64,000 nucleotides of DNA from Batkoa obscura (Eukaryota). Each line of letters opens with the position of its first letter. Position 1 is the first letter of the stretch. The notes beneath the pieces are model-generated. The model was given only the letters and a program-made list of their open reading frames with translations. It made no database searches and was not told the origin of the DNA. The stretch lies in the NCBI GenBank assembly GCA_030770535.1, contig JASVEC010000011.1:310001-374000 (forward strand). The letters are read 5' to 3'. This document shows, piece by piece, positions 23,875-37,400 of the stretch. Position numbers and translations under genes: made by a program.

Positions 23875-23973
23875 GGGGATGTTTTTTTTGGTTTCATTAT
23901 TTTTTCCATTTTTTAAGCGCTATTTGAGCGGAAAGATTGTTAGTAAAATTCTTAAACAAAAAAATACATCCCC
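23875..23973 (+). mobile_element. MITE, best-preserved copy, ATAT target-site duplication
   Basis: GGGGATGTTTTTTTTG...CAAAAAAATACATCCCC terminal inverted repeats, 99 bp, no ORF, ATAT on both sides (23871-23874, 23974-23977). Confidence 0.9.
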
Positions 23974-24689
23974 ATATCTTAGTTTGAATTGTATTTCATT
24001 TTGTAGATTAAAATTTATCAAAACAATACTATATTAAACATTATTATCAAGCTTAGTTTCGTTTCTATTTGATAATAACATTTGTATTATTTATCATATT
24101 AGTACAAAAATAACTTTGGCATAATTTCTATATTAAGTATTTTATTTATTTTTATGTTTTTAATTCTTTAAAATTAAACACATTATTTATTTTCAAAAAG
24201 TTCAATATTTGTAGACATTTTTAATAATCCTGAATAAGTGCAGAACTCATTGTTATTATTTTTGTTTTTTATAAAAAGTTAATTTATTGATACAAGTAAT
24301 GTATTAACTTCTCAATATTTAATTTAAAAATTGAAAGCTACCAATACATCAAATGCTTAGATATAACTTTAAGTTTAACTAAAAGGGTTATTATTGTTGA
24401 GTATAGCGCTTAATCTGCCAATATTTTATCTTAAAAATATTTAATATTAAACAAACAATATGAAAGTTTATTATCATAATAATCTATAGTATAAGTTAAT
24501 AGATATATTGAAAATTTGTTATCACAATTAAAATGTGGAATTGAGTGCAAAAATCAAATTTACCATATTAGGTTACTAAACCAAAAATTAACATTTGGTT
24601 TAACATTTTTTGCTTACGCTCTAGTTTAGCAAGTTAATAAAAACCATAAGTCAAAGATCAATTTCATTTTTTCTTTCTTTTTAAAAAAA

Positions 24690-25876
24690 ATGTCCCAACT
24701 GATTGATGAAAGCGTAGCAAAACTAGCAGTAATATCGGATTTAAACGATGTATGCCCTAACTGTAAAAGTGATCGATATCTGAATCCAAATATGGTACTT
24801 GTTGTTAGTGACTGTTTTCATAAAATGTAATACAATTATATTAGTACTTCAAGTTTTATTCAACTTTACTAGGTGCGAGGCTTGTGTCGATAGGCTATAT
24901 GGGATAAGTTCTGGTCCTTGTCCAGTTTGTAAAACAACGTTAAGAAAAAATTCTTTTTCGTCATTGACTTTTGAGGACCTATCAGTAGAGAAAGAAGTTC
25001 GTATAAGAAAGCGGTTAGCTCAATAGTAAATTGGTCTTTGCTCATATTATAATTTAATTAATAGTTTAGCTACAATAAAAATGAGAACGATTTTGAGACA
25101 ACAAGGGAATATGACGATTATCTTGAAGAATTAGAGGATATAAGTATAGTTTTTTAAAAATTATTTTACTTTGCTAATAGTTCAGTATATAACCTATTTA
25201 ACAATATTGACATTGAAGAAACCGAAAAAAGAATCAAAGAATATCGAGAGGCAAATGCTGAGCAAATTAAATATAACCATAAACTAAAGGTCCGATTTCT
25301 TTGTTTCATCCCCTTTATAAATTAACTTTATTTTAGGCCGATCAAGATAAACAATTTAAAAAGGAGCAGGCAGATGAAAGGGAAAGAAAGTTAAAGGATA
25401 AAGATGCTTATTTAAAAAAGATTAATAAGGAGGAAGAACAAAAGCTGCTTGACAAAGAAGAACTTATCAATGACCTTACTATTTCTGCAGAATCTGCCGA
25501 TAAGATTGTAAAACGATTTGAAGAATTGGCGTCAAAGAAACAAAAGATAGGATATGATACTGTTGTAACCAATAAAGATAAAAAAGAACAGGTGACATCT
25601 TATAGAGAATTCCTCAAACTTCAACAGGGGAACAAACAGAAGAAAGGATTGTTTAATCCTATTGTTAAATATCATTTGTTAGATAAAGATCAACCCAAAT
25701 TTAAGAAAAGATATAGAGAAATCCGTTGGAAGCCAAATCCTGAATTTATTATTAGAGCTAAAGCTGGTGGTTATAAATTAAGAACGCTTCAAAAAAAATC
25801 GGTCAAATCACTTTATTTAGGTACTGCTGAGCCAGTAGATCTAGAAGATAAAGACTCCGGTGATGGTTCAGCATAA
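24690..25876 (+). CDS. TFB3: TFIIH/CAK assembly factor MAT1 (RING finger)
   Basis: CPNCKSDRYLNPNMVLVVSDCFHKMCEACVDRLY...CPVCKTTLRK, TFEDLSVEKEVRIRKR, YDDYLEELEDI, C-terminal RAKAGGY. Confidence 0.95.
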
Positions 25877-26392
25877 GTTTAAAGCTTAATTCTCTTGTTT
25901 GAGTAGCTTATAATTTAAGTAACAAACATCAACTAATTTTTATTTATATTATTAAATTATCAAAAAAAGGCGACTTTTAATCCCTTTTTCGTGTAAAACA
26001 TTATGTTTACTCTACACTAAATAAAATATTATAAATATTTATACAATATTTATCAAATAATTCACATATTTTTGTAATCTTATTCGTTTTATTAAATGAT
26101 GAGTCATTTTTTAGCTTTCCCCAATGAATAATAGCGTTGGGTATTTAAAATTTTAATAGTAATATAGTAACTATTTATACATATTTTATGTTGGTTCAAA
26201 ATAATCAAAACATTCGGTTTTTATGATTTTTGTGGTTACTTTATTTTGATTTATCACTCAATTCTAAAGAATAAATCTTTAGTATCAAAAACTATCTAAG
26301 ATTGATGATGCTATAAAAAATCCCATAATGCAGGATTAGAGCCACTATTTGCTCCAGCAAATTATGGCTTACACAATTTTAAAAACAGTAAA

Positions 26393-26400
26393 TGATTGGC
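26393..26400 (-). promoter_or_regulatory. Candidate CCAAT box (Hap/NF-Y) upstream of the COX subunit gene
   Basis: TGATTGGC (reverse GCCAATCA) about 165 bp upstream of the ATG; yeast COX5a is a Hap target. Short motif, so could be chance. Confidence 0.3.
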
Positions 26401-26561
26401 TATTCGGAATCTAGCTCAAGATTAGATATTGGTGATTGAGAGATAATTGCCATAATCACAAATCAATAAAACGAAAGATTCAAATATCTCTTTTAGAATT
26501 ATTTGGTAAAAAAGATATAAAGCTAAATTAAACAATCTAATCAAAATATTAGTCATTAAAG

Positions 26562-27153
26562 ATGTCTCGTGCATTTACAAGTTTACGTAATTTAAGAACT
26601 GCTAGCTTAGCTCGTTCATTCACCACTTCCAAAATAATGAAAAATAACGCTATCCCAGCCAGCGTTCTTAACTCAATTGAAGACTCTTGGAAGGGACTTT
26701 CAGTACAACAACAAGAAGAGCTCACTGCCAAAATTGAATTATTAGAAAAGCAAGACTGGTCTAAACTTTCAGTTGAAGAAAAGCGTGCTTGTAAATTATA
26801 TTATTAAATTTCAACTTAAATAATGTTAAAAGCTTAATTTAGCTTATTATGTTGCTTTCGGTCCGCATGGTCCTCGTGAACCAGCTCCAAAAGTTGGCTT
26901 CAATGTCTTTCTTGGAACCATTGCTATTGTAGTTGCTGGAAGTTTATCTTTCGTTGGAATCCGTGCTCTTGGTAAGTAAATTTTTTATCTTTAAGACAAA
27001 ATTTTAATATTTTTAGGTAACCCACAACCACACACTATGACTAAAGAATGGCAAGAAGCCACTAATGAATATATGAAAGAACAAAAGGCCAATCCTATCT
27101 CTGGTTATACCTCTGAAGGTTATAAAGGTAACGGGTGGGTCGATTCCAAATAA
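26562..27153 (+). CDS. COX5: Cytochrome c oxidase subunit IV family (yeast Cox5-type), 2 introns
   Basis: Arg/Ser-rich presequence, DWSKLSVEEKRAAYYVAFGPHGPR, a single TM segment, PHTMTKEWQEATNEYMKEQKANPISGYTSEGYKG. Confidence 0.95.
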
Positions 27154-28813
27154 AATGGTTTAATTGAATACTAATATTAAAATGACCGACTATATTCAAT
27201 ATTTAACTTTTGATATTAGATTTAGGTTATTATTTATATAATTAAGTTTCCATTTATATTTAATTATAGCATATTCAGCAATATATGAATTATTATTAGC
27301 CTATTTTATGGATATTTATATGCCAAATTTTATAAAATAAAGCATAAGTTTATTAGGATCTATTTATTTTAATTATTTGTTAATTTGGTTTTATAACTAT
27401 TGTCTAAAGTTATTTTTTTGTGCTTTTTAGGTATTGAAATAGAAAAATTGCTCAGTGATAATGGGTAAAAAAATCAAATATTTTATTAAATAAAGTGTAT
27501 AGAATCAACGTTTACCAATCATTATTGTTATCTTTGTTAAGTTTTACAAGTTGCTTACTTTTTCTATATAAATACTAAACACTGTATATATTCATAAACG
27601 CTAAAATTTTATAAATTTATAAAAATAGCTGATGCTATATTATGCTCGCTATTAAAAATATTATGAAAGCATTTTTTGATACATGTATGCTATTTAAGGA
27701 AGGTAATATTCAATGCAATTTATTGTTTTTATTTAATCAAAGTATGTCAAATTGGCAATGTTTTTTATAAAAAGTAAACAAAATCGTAAAAAGTGTCATA
27801 TAAATTAGTATTATAATACAATTGTTTCTAGGATTAAGTAGTGTTTATTGGAAAGTTCTGTCTAGTATCAAAAGAAACATTGTATATGATTTTGATATTA
27901 AACATTAAACTTTATATTGATAATGATAAAGTTTAAAACATTAGCATTTAATGCTTAAAATGTTTGCTATGATAAAATTATAAGCCACTTTAGTAATAAC
28001 GCATTTAGTGTGAATTTGTACCTATAATTTTATTGAAATAAATATCATATAACAACTGCTTTTTGTCTTATATAATTGCTTTAATAGTTGAAGCGTCATA
28101 ATAGACGATCTTTTAAAGTTGCAATACTAATATTTACATCACTTATTATACACATAGTCACACAATGCATCATTCATTTATATATAAATTGAATTTATTG
28201 CCCAAAACCTAAAGTATAAAGTATTGTAAAATATGCTTAGCAAACGCGTCAAAATTATAAAGTCAAAAAAATAGTCACTTCACTTTAAGTTTTGATTCTA
28301 TTAAGTTCAACTTAATAACAGCGAGTAACCAAGTAAGTATCTAAAGAGTAATAATAACTGTTTGAGCTAAAGGTAATAAAAAAAGCTATAATAATTTAAA
28401 TCAAATATTAGCTTGAACAAAATAACACTTATTATTCACCTCATTAATATATTTTTATTAGTTTATAACCACTTAAACTTAAGCTCTATAAATATTCAAA
28501 GCTGAGGAATTATTCACAACAAGATAATACGGATCCGTCGAATAGGCGCGGTCAGGAAGATATAATTTCGTCATCTGAATCTTCTCACTCTCCAGTTGAT
28601 CGCCCTAATCAGTCGGATTCATATTTAAATCGGGGTCAATATCAAATTACAAGGTTTATTAGAGATTCTTTAGAAAGATCAGAAGTTGGAAATTTTAATC
28701 GTTCTAGGTTAATTAATAATCAATTAATAAGAGATAATCCACCAAATACAAGCGCGTCACTACCAACTGATATAAGTTTTCCTGATAGAAAGAGATTAAG
28801 AGAAATTATCGAA

Positions 28814-30927
28814 ATGGAAGAAAAAGCATCAAATGGAATCCAAAATGGAAAAGCAAATGAAAATGGAATAGATGGAGAGGATAAAAATAAGTCTGAAGAG
28901 CAAGGATTGGTTCATTTTGATAACAATCAAATAGTAAGATTGATTAACCAATATCTCACAAACGCTGGCCTTTTGTAATTACATTTCTATTTTAATGTTT
29001 TGTATTAATATTTTTATAGAGAATCAGCTGAAAAGTTAGAACAAGAAACTGGTATCGCATTAGAGTCAGATGTGATAGCGCAAATAAGAAACTGTGTTTT
29101 AAATGGACAATGGGACGAAGCGGAAAATTTGATCGTAGAGGTTGAAGTTGACGATGTTCAAGCTATTATAGTATGTTATTAGTTGCTATTTCTTTGTATT
29201 GTCATTTATTTTTTAGTTTTATATTAGGCAGCAAAAGTTTTTAGAACTTTTAGAGAAAAGAGAATACACAGATGCAGTACATATATTGCAGCATGAACTT
29301 GCACCATTAGAAATAAATATCGATCGACTCCATCTTTTAGCAAGGTATTTATATTAATTAGTAAAACGAGCTTAACTAATTAATTAGCCTTCTCTTTTGT
29401 AAAAATATCTCAAAAATTAAAAGTAAAGCCGATTGGGATGGGAGCGAAGGGCAATCTAGATATTTACTTCTTGAAGACATTCAACGTAATATTATTCAAA
29501 TAACACACTGTTTTTATTAAAACTCTTCTAGAATATATTCCTGCGTCAGTGATGATCCCAAGGGATCGTTTAATGACTCTTTTAAACCAAGCAGTAAGAT
29601 ATCAAAGACGAAGTTGTTTTTATCATAATGATCCTGAGCCAAGTGATTCTTTGTTTAGTGATCATCGTTGTGGAAGGTAGCTTTTACTTTTATCATTATG
29701 AGATAAAATATTAAACATTAAAAGCGAAAAATTCCCATTGCAAGAGACGATGGTTATAAATGATCACGATGATGAGATTTGGCATATCGAGTTTTCTAAT
29801 AATGGAAAGTATCTAGCTTCGGCGTCGAAAGATAGCTATGCTAATATTTGGAGTTTAGAGGTAATTTCGAAAATATGAAATCAATTCTACTAAATATTAA
29901 AAGGAAAGTAAAACGATTCATACTCTACAAGGACATAAAGGTTCCGTTTCTTTAATTTGTTGGTCATTTGATGACAAATATATTTTAACATGTGGAAGTG
30001 ATTTTAAGGCAATGGTTTGGGAAGCCAGGGTAATTATTATTGTTTTGTTTTTATTTTTTACTGATACAATCATTTAGTCTGGAAGATTACTAAAAGTTAT
30101 TGATAAACATAAAAAAATAATTTCAGCATGTGTTTGGGTTCCTAATTCGCACTCCTTTATAACTTCAAGTGGTGATAAAAAAACTTATTTATGGGTTTGG
30201 ATTTATTTCAGTAAAATATTACATTATTAATTTTCTATTAGGACGTCAATGGTACTATACAATATACTTGGGACGATTTGATTGTTACGAATATTTTGCT
30301 AACTAAAGATGGCTCAAAAATGGTTGTAACATCTAACAACCAAATTAAAATTTTTGATTTTTCAACTAAAAAAGTTATAAAGTAACCAATAATAACTATT
30401 TTAAATCACTTAATAATTATTAGAGTAATTGATGAAGATGCTATCTCCATTTCACTTTCAAATGATGAAGAATTTATTTTATTTAGTCGCAAAGATTCTG
30501 GGGTAAATTGATATCAACTTATTTAAAATAATGTGATATATTTTTATTAGCTTTTAAATCTCTGGAGTTTAGATCAAAATAAAATAATTCAAAGATATAC
30601 TGGGCATGCTCAAACCAGATATGTTATTCGATCCTGTTTTGGTGGAGCAAAGGGAGATTATGTTCTTTCTGGAAGTGAAGGTTGATTTAAATAGTTTATT
30701 TTTATACTTGATTTAATATAAACTAGATAATAATATTTATGTATGGACCGTTAATGAAGAAGAAGCAGCTCACGTTTTAAAGGGTCACTCAAAAATGGTT
30801 AATGTGGTATGCTGGAATAAAGCTCATGGAAATATGTTTGCTTCTGCTAGTGATGATGCTACTATAAGAATGTAAGTTATATTTAAATTTGTAATGATAA
30901 ATATTTATCATTTTTAGATGGACTTAA
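28814..30927 (+). CDS. GID7: WDR26/Gid7-like LisH-CTLH-WD40 subunit of the GID/CTLH E3 ligase (true start may be upstream; see findings)
   Basis: LisH IVRLINQYLTNAGL..SAEKLEQETG, CTLH LNGQWDEAE, QQKFLELLE, ADWDGSEGQSR, YIPASVMIPRDRLMTLL, HDDEIWHIEFSNNGKYLASASKD, YVIRSCFGG, FASASDDATIRIW. Confidence 0.92.
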
Positions 30928-31405
30928 ATTTTAGTAAATTTTGGAAGCTTTGTATTTTACTTAAATAAAATTTTGATATTTTATTGGCATTTAAAATGAG
31001 GTTTTTATGATTGGATTATTAATTTTGTTTTAAAAACTAATGGTTATAGAAATTGAAAATGGGGTTAAGGTATTATTTATTTTTTAGAATATTCAATTTA
31101 GTTAATTTTGAAACTTAGCAAATTAAAGATTTCATCTTCAAAAGTGATATTTTAATAGTATTTGACCATCTTTATTTCATTTAGAAGTTATAATTAATCT
31201 ATCAACTATTGTTTTACCATTATTAACACATTTCAACATTTTTATTGAGTTGTTTATATTTGAAACTTTAATTCTTTTTTTAGTAAATAAAGCTTATAAG
31301 ACCAACGCCATACAAGTAAAAATTCAAACTCAAGGTATGACTTTTATAATTAAAATATTCAATAAAATGCTTGGGTATTTTTACTTTAATAAAAGCTCCT
31401 AAAAA

Positions 31406-34400
31406 CTAAGTGTTTGCTGGTTCATCCTCCAATAACTCATCTAAATCCAAATTTCCAGGTATAGGGGAAAGCCCTACATCTTCAGAGTCACTTTCACTAA
31501 TTGGTGCATTGGTATTCTCAATGTCGCTATTAATGATTTCAGTAGAGTCCTCTAGTTTCGTTCGATCATCATTGTTTAGCTCAATATCCTCCTTTGTTTT
31601 TTTGTTAGTACGTGGGAAAATTTCAGGAACATTGTTATCATCAGCGGATGGTGATTTTCTTTTATCTCCAATTTGGTTATGATCACTTTGGGTTATTTCA
31701 ATATCAGGGATTTGCTCCATTTTTTGCCTAGAGCTATTAAAGATTGGACTAAGCACAAAAGTATTATTACTAGTTGGTAAATCCGAAATTTGGGCTGGGG
31801 TTGATTCACCTCTTTGAATTGGTATACTTGTTAAATATTGGTGTTGACTTGGTTGTGACTTTGACTCATGATGTTTTTCTAAATCAACAGACTCTTGAGG
31901 AAGGATAGGAGGGTTAATATCCTTAGTTTTATCGTTCAAAGTATCCAATTTCAACGTTTTAATTTCGGATTTTAACTGTAAATTTTCTTGCTCATACCTA
32001 TTGATTTGGTTTTTATAATCATTGTAAGTTACCTTATTTTGCTCTTTTAAGTTTTCTAATATTTGTTCCTTTCCTTTCATAATGGTATTCAGTTCCACGA
32101 TCTTAGCATCAAGGGCTGCCTTTAGATCATTTATCTCTCTTAATAACTTTTCTTTATCCGATTGGAGGTTGTTGAATCTATTTTTCATATTTTCAAGTTC
32201 AACTTTTACATTTGAAAGCTCCTCTTTAAGTGACGAATTTTCCTTTACTACTTTATCATTGGACGCGTTTGAACTTTCTAAATTACTACTATCTTTTTTA
32301 TACTTGTTGAAAAGTTTTATCAGATACGCTATTTTACCAGGTATTGATTCCTTCCCACCTTTGGTAATATTTAGGAGGCGCATTACATCAGTAAAAATTT
32401 TATTATCAATTTCGTTTCCAGTCTTTTCTTTGTCAATGGCATCATAGGCAGAAACTTGTGATTCCAGGTCTTTAATTTTAGCTTCCAATAAAAGTATAGT
32501 ATCTTTTGATGACTCAATAGCTTGTCCATTCATTTCTAATTCTTTGAGTTTGGCTTCAGATCCACTTTTTTCTTTCCTGAGTTGCTCCAAATCGTCTTTA
32601 AGTTTTTTAATTTCAACTGATTTGGCCTGGTTCAACTTATCTTGTTGACTCCTATGCATCTGTGCATCGCGAATTCTAGCTTGTTTTAGACTATTGACCG
32701 TATTTTTGAGCAAGGTCATTTCAGGATCAACGGGATTAGCAAGATCAGTAGATTGAGGCTGTTGATTATTAGAATCTTCAAGTTCCTCTTGTTTAGTGAT
32801 CGCTTGACCTAGTTGCTTTTTTTGTTGTCTAAGCCTCGTCAAGATAGTTGTATATTTTGTTATCGTTTTGCTTTGGCTTTCCACTTTATTTTCAAAATCA
32901 GCAATTTCGCTATTCTTTAAATCTAGGGTAGCTTTAGATTCTTCAAGCTGCTTCTTAAGATCATTCAATCCTTTTAAAGACTCTTCTGCATCATTTAATG
33001 CCTTATTTGTAACCCCTAGTTTTTCTTTGAGTCTTTCATGTTCTGATGGATCGACCCTCTTTAAAAAGTTAAAATAAAAAGTTACAAAAATAGCTATCAA
33101 CAAATACCTCACTGTTAAGAATTTGCTGAGCACGATTAATCCAACGCTCATTATCTTGCTCGAGGTTCTTAATCCTTTCATTTTTGTTTTCCAATGATTG
33201 TTTGATCTTTTGGAGTTCAACTATAATTAAATTAAACAAATTGATAAAGATCAATAAAATTTTAATTTTGAATACCTGAAATAGCAGAACAACGATTTTT
33301 ACACTCTTGAAGTTTCAAACCTAATTCCGTTTTGTCATTCAACAATTTTTGGTTTTCAAGCTTTAAATGTACTTCTTTTTCATTCAATTGATTGAGTTGC
33401 TTAATCTTATCATCTAGTTGTTGACTAATAGACAAAAACCTTGAGGGGTCTTGGCCTTTGTTATTATCCTATATTTTAGTTAGTATTTGGTATGATGTAT
33501 ATAAGTTAAATTACATTATTAATTAATGCTCGTGTTAACTCTAAATCTCTTAAAGCATTAGATTTTTCTATTTTAATACGATTAATTTCGGCCTCAAGAG
33601 ATTCATTTTTGGCAAGAGCAAACTCTTTTTCTCTCCTTAGATGATGTATGATGTCATAATTTAATTGATCAGCATCAGGTGTTTCTGCATCTGCAGCTAC
33701 TGCAAAACTAGTAGGTGAATGTGCGCTTTTTATAGTTAAATTTGATTTTTCACGTTGTTTCAAAAGCGATTCGTTTATATTGATTAATACATTATAGCTA
33801 GAATTGAATTAGTATGTATTTACAAAAATCCAAGTCTCTTACTTTAAAGTTACTTCCCGAAGTTTTTTATGTAGATCATCTTGCTCTTTCTTAAAACTGT
33901 CAATAAATTCTTGATGTTTACTATCCTTTATCTCAAGTTGTGACTAAATAAAAATTAGAACAAAATAAATAACATATTTAGATTCTACCTTGGCGTCTGA
34001 TATTCCTTTTATTAGATCCTCGTTTTTCTCTTTAAGCGACAATATTGAGTTAATTTCTTGACTATGTTTTAATCTTTCCTCTTCAATTTTTTGATTAACT
34101 AATTGGATTTCGCTCTGGTAATGATTAAAATCAGAGTCTTTCTCCCTTCGGAGGAGCTCAAGTTCCTTAATCTTTTCTTGATAATTAAGTGTACTTGATG
34201 TCAATTGGAAGTTTATTCTATTGATTTCACTGACTAAATTTTCCTCTCTTTCAAGACATTCTAAGTGTGTTTTTTTTAGTTTATTGAGCTGATCTTCTAG
34301 TTGCTGGTAACTTCTTAATTGCTGTTTAAAATTTTCATCACGATTATTTAACTCATTTTCTTGAAATAATTTATACTCCTTGAATTCAGCTGATAATTTG

Positions 34401-37400
34401 TCAAGTGCTTCTTCACTTGCTTTCGAAATGTTTTGGAAATTTAGCTGATATCGATGACTCCTTTGAAGCTCGTCTTTAGCTTCGGCTAATTCATTACTTT
34501 AATTAAAGTTAATATTTAATTAAGAAAATAAAAAAATAGATACCGCAAACTTAAAAAATTTTCGTTGACTGATCCAATATTCTTTAAAGATTTTATAAAC
34601 TGTTCAACTTTTTCCTTATCTAAAGTTAATGAGTTTATAAGCTTTTTCTGATTAGCTAAATCGCTTTCAGCAACTAAAAGCTTTTCGTCAACCAAAGTTT
34701 TTTCTAAGCTCTACATAAAATAAATAAATGAACTAATAATCTTTATAAAACTTACTAATGAATTAACACGATCTTGAAAAAGATTGATTTCTCTTTCAAG
34801 TCGTGCATTTTGAGATAAAAGGTCTTCTTTGGACTTTCCAGATATTCCTTTGAATTCAGAACTTTATAAAAGTTAGATGTTTTAATAGGACTGCAACAAG
34901 GTTACCTTTCTCTTTTAAGAGCATTAATCAGTTCATCTTTTTGTTTCAACTCTAAAGTTGTATCTTTCGAGGAAGTTTCCAATTTATGCTGTAATTCTAC
35001 AATGCGATCACGGAATGACATATTTTCTTTATTCAATTCCATCAGGTCTGTTTCAATTTTATGCTTCTCTTTCTATTTGGACTTTAATATTAAAAAATAA
35101 AGAAAAAATTAGCGACCTTTAGCAACTCAATTTCAATTGTCCTTTCTGAAAGCATGGTTTTATCTCCTGCAATTTGAATCCTAATTTTATTAAAATTTTC
35201 ATTGAGCTAAAAGAGTAAATAACAATAAATAAATAAATAAAAGGGAAATGGGTTACTTTGTAATATCTTTCATCTTTTTCTTTAACTTCATCTTTCAAAC
35301 CATCAACTTTAACTTTTAACTCAGCAGTTTCTTTGATTATGGTTTCATACTGACTAGTTTTGGTTTTGATTTGGACTAAAATATTAATACTAATCTATAT
35401 CTAAAAATAAATGTATACCTTCAGCGAATAATAAACTTGCTTCCAAATGTACTATACGTTCGGTTTTTACATTAATTTCTGCAGCCATTTTGTTTATTCG
35501 ATTTTTTAAAGATTCTGTTTCCTCATTATGTGCTTTTTTCAATTTATTAAGATCAACCTAAATATATAAATATATTATATTAATTAAGAGTATAATAATT
35601 TTACGTCAACTAATTCAGGGCTAGACCCATCCGTTTGTAAATTCTCATTTTCGTCCTCACTTTCCTCCATGTCATTACAAATCGAGGAGTTATAATCTTT
35701 ATTTGCAGCTTTTTTTAGTTCTCTAATTTCTTTTTGTGCATCACTTAAGCTATTAAGAATTAGATAAAATCATGCTTTGTAATATAGCTTACCGCTGTGT
35801 CTCATTGGCTACTTGTATTTTTAATTCTTGATTAATTTTCAAAATATTTTGTATTTCCTAACTATTAATTATCATTTTTAATAATGAATTGAGAGTTTTA
35901 CCATTTCAGTCAAATTGCTAGCACATTTAGTTGCTCTATCTTGTACTTTATCATCGTCCCGTATTGATTTAAAATTATTTCCTAAAACATTCTGTATTTC
36001 ATTATCACCCCATAGACGAATAGCGTTGTTATTTGTATCTCTAGGCTGTAAAATTGTATCTGCATGATACTGTTCGCTAATGCCTTCATCGAATTTCGCG
36101 TTTTGGCTGAGAACTTCAATTTGGTTCTCATAAAATCGACGAATGATTTCGAGCTTATCAACTTTATCTTTTTTATATATATATTCCATTGTTAAGTCTT
36201 CATATTTCTGACATATCTCTTTTAATTGATCTGTACTTCTTTTCTCCGAGATTGAAGCTCGATCAAGCTTGATCAAAAGCTCTTCAGAATACCGTTCGAC
36301 ATTTTCATAATCTAAGGCTTTTAATTCATATTCTTTGACTAAAATGTCTAACATTTCTTTTAACTTTAGACAATTTTCTTCTCCAGATTTTAGTTTGCTC
36401 TCAAGTATATAGAAATCTGAAATCATTTTTACGTATGGCTTTCCAGATTTCGGATCCACTAAATTTAAGTTAAATGATCCAGTCTCTGATGAAAGATCAA
36501 GTTGTCCAAGGGCTTCATGATGATTTTCATATACTTCGATTTGCCTTTCTAAAGTTGAAAGTTTTTCTTTCATCTCTTTTTCATTAAATTCGTATCTATC
36601 TTGGATATCTTCTTTCTCACCTTTAACCTCCCTTAATGCTTTTTCGACTTTCTCTAGCTTTTCTTCTAAAGCTCGAACTCTCTCATCAGCATTATTCGCT
36701 CTTGTTTGATAAAAGTCTGACATTAACAAATTTTCACTCAAATCTTTTTTATAATTTGTTTCATTTTCACTAATTGCTTTGTTTAGTTCCTTAGTCTTTT
36801 CTTCCTTCTCTTTGACTTGATCTGATAATTTTTCAACCTTAGCATTTAAATTTTCCTTATCTGATGTCAAATCTCGAATATTTTTTTGGAGCATTTCATT
36901 CTGACTGCCCAACATGATTATTTCAGTTGACTAATAATATTTTAGTTAGCTACAAATTGAGTTTAAACATATACCTTTTGAACCCTGTATTCAGAAAATT
37001 CATTGATTTTATTATCTAGCTCTTTTTGGAGATAATCAGAATGTTCTTGATGGAACATTACTTTCTGATCCATGATTTTTTCTTTCCCCTAAGTAGATGT
37101 AAGTTTGATTAAAATATCAAAGCACAAAAAGATACTTTCAAAATAGATAGTGTTGACTCTAATTGGTTATTTTTGGTATTAAGATCACAATTTTCCTTTC
37201 TAATTTCAAATAACATTTTTTCACGGGATTCTACAGTTACTATCAACTAATTAGCTATCTTATTTATACAGAGAATATATTAATACGTTTTGATGCTTCT
37301 AGTTCTGAGATCTTTAAATTCAAAGTGCTTATTAAACTTTCCTTTCCTCCATGGCTTTTGAATTCAACGAATTTTTCTGTTACATCCTTTAGTTTTCCCT

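Noticed and set aside
23872..23976. Reading the MITE as Tc1/mariner (Stowaway-like) with a TA duplication
   Set aside because: TA flanks fit only the ATAT-type copies; the others have AAAT and ATTT duplications, which supports a 4-bp TSD.
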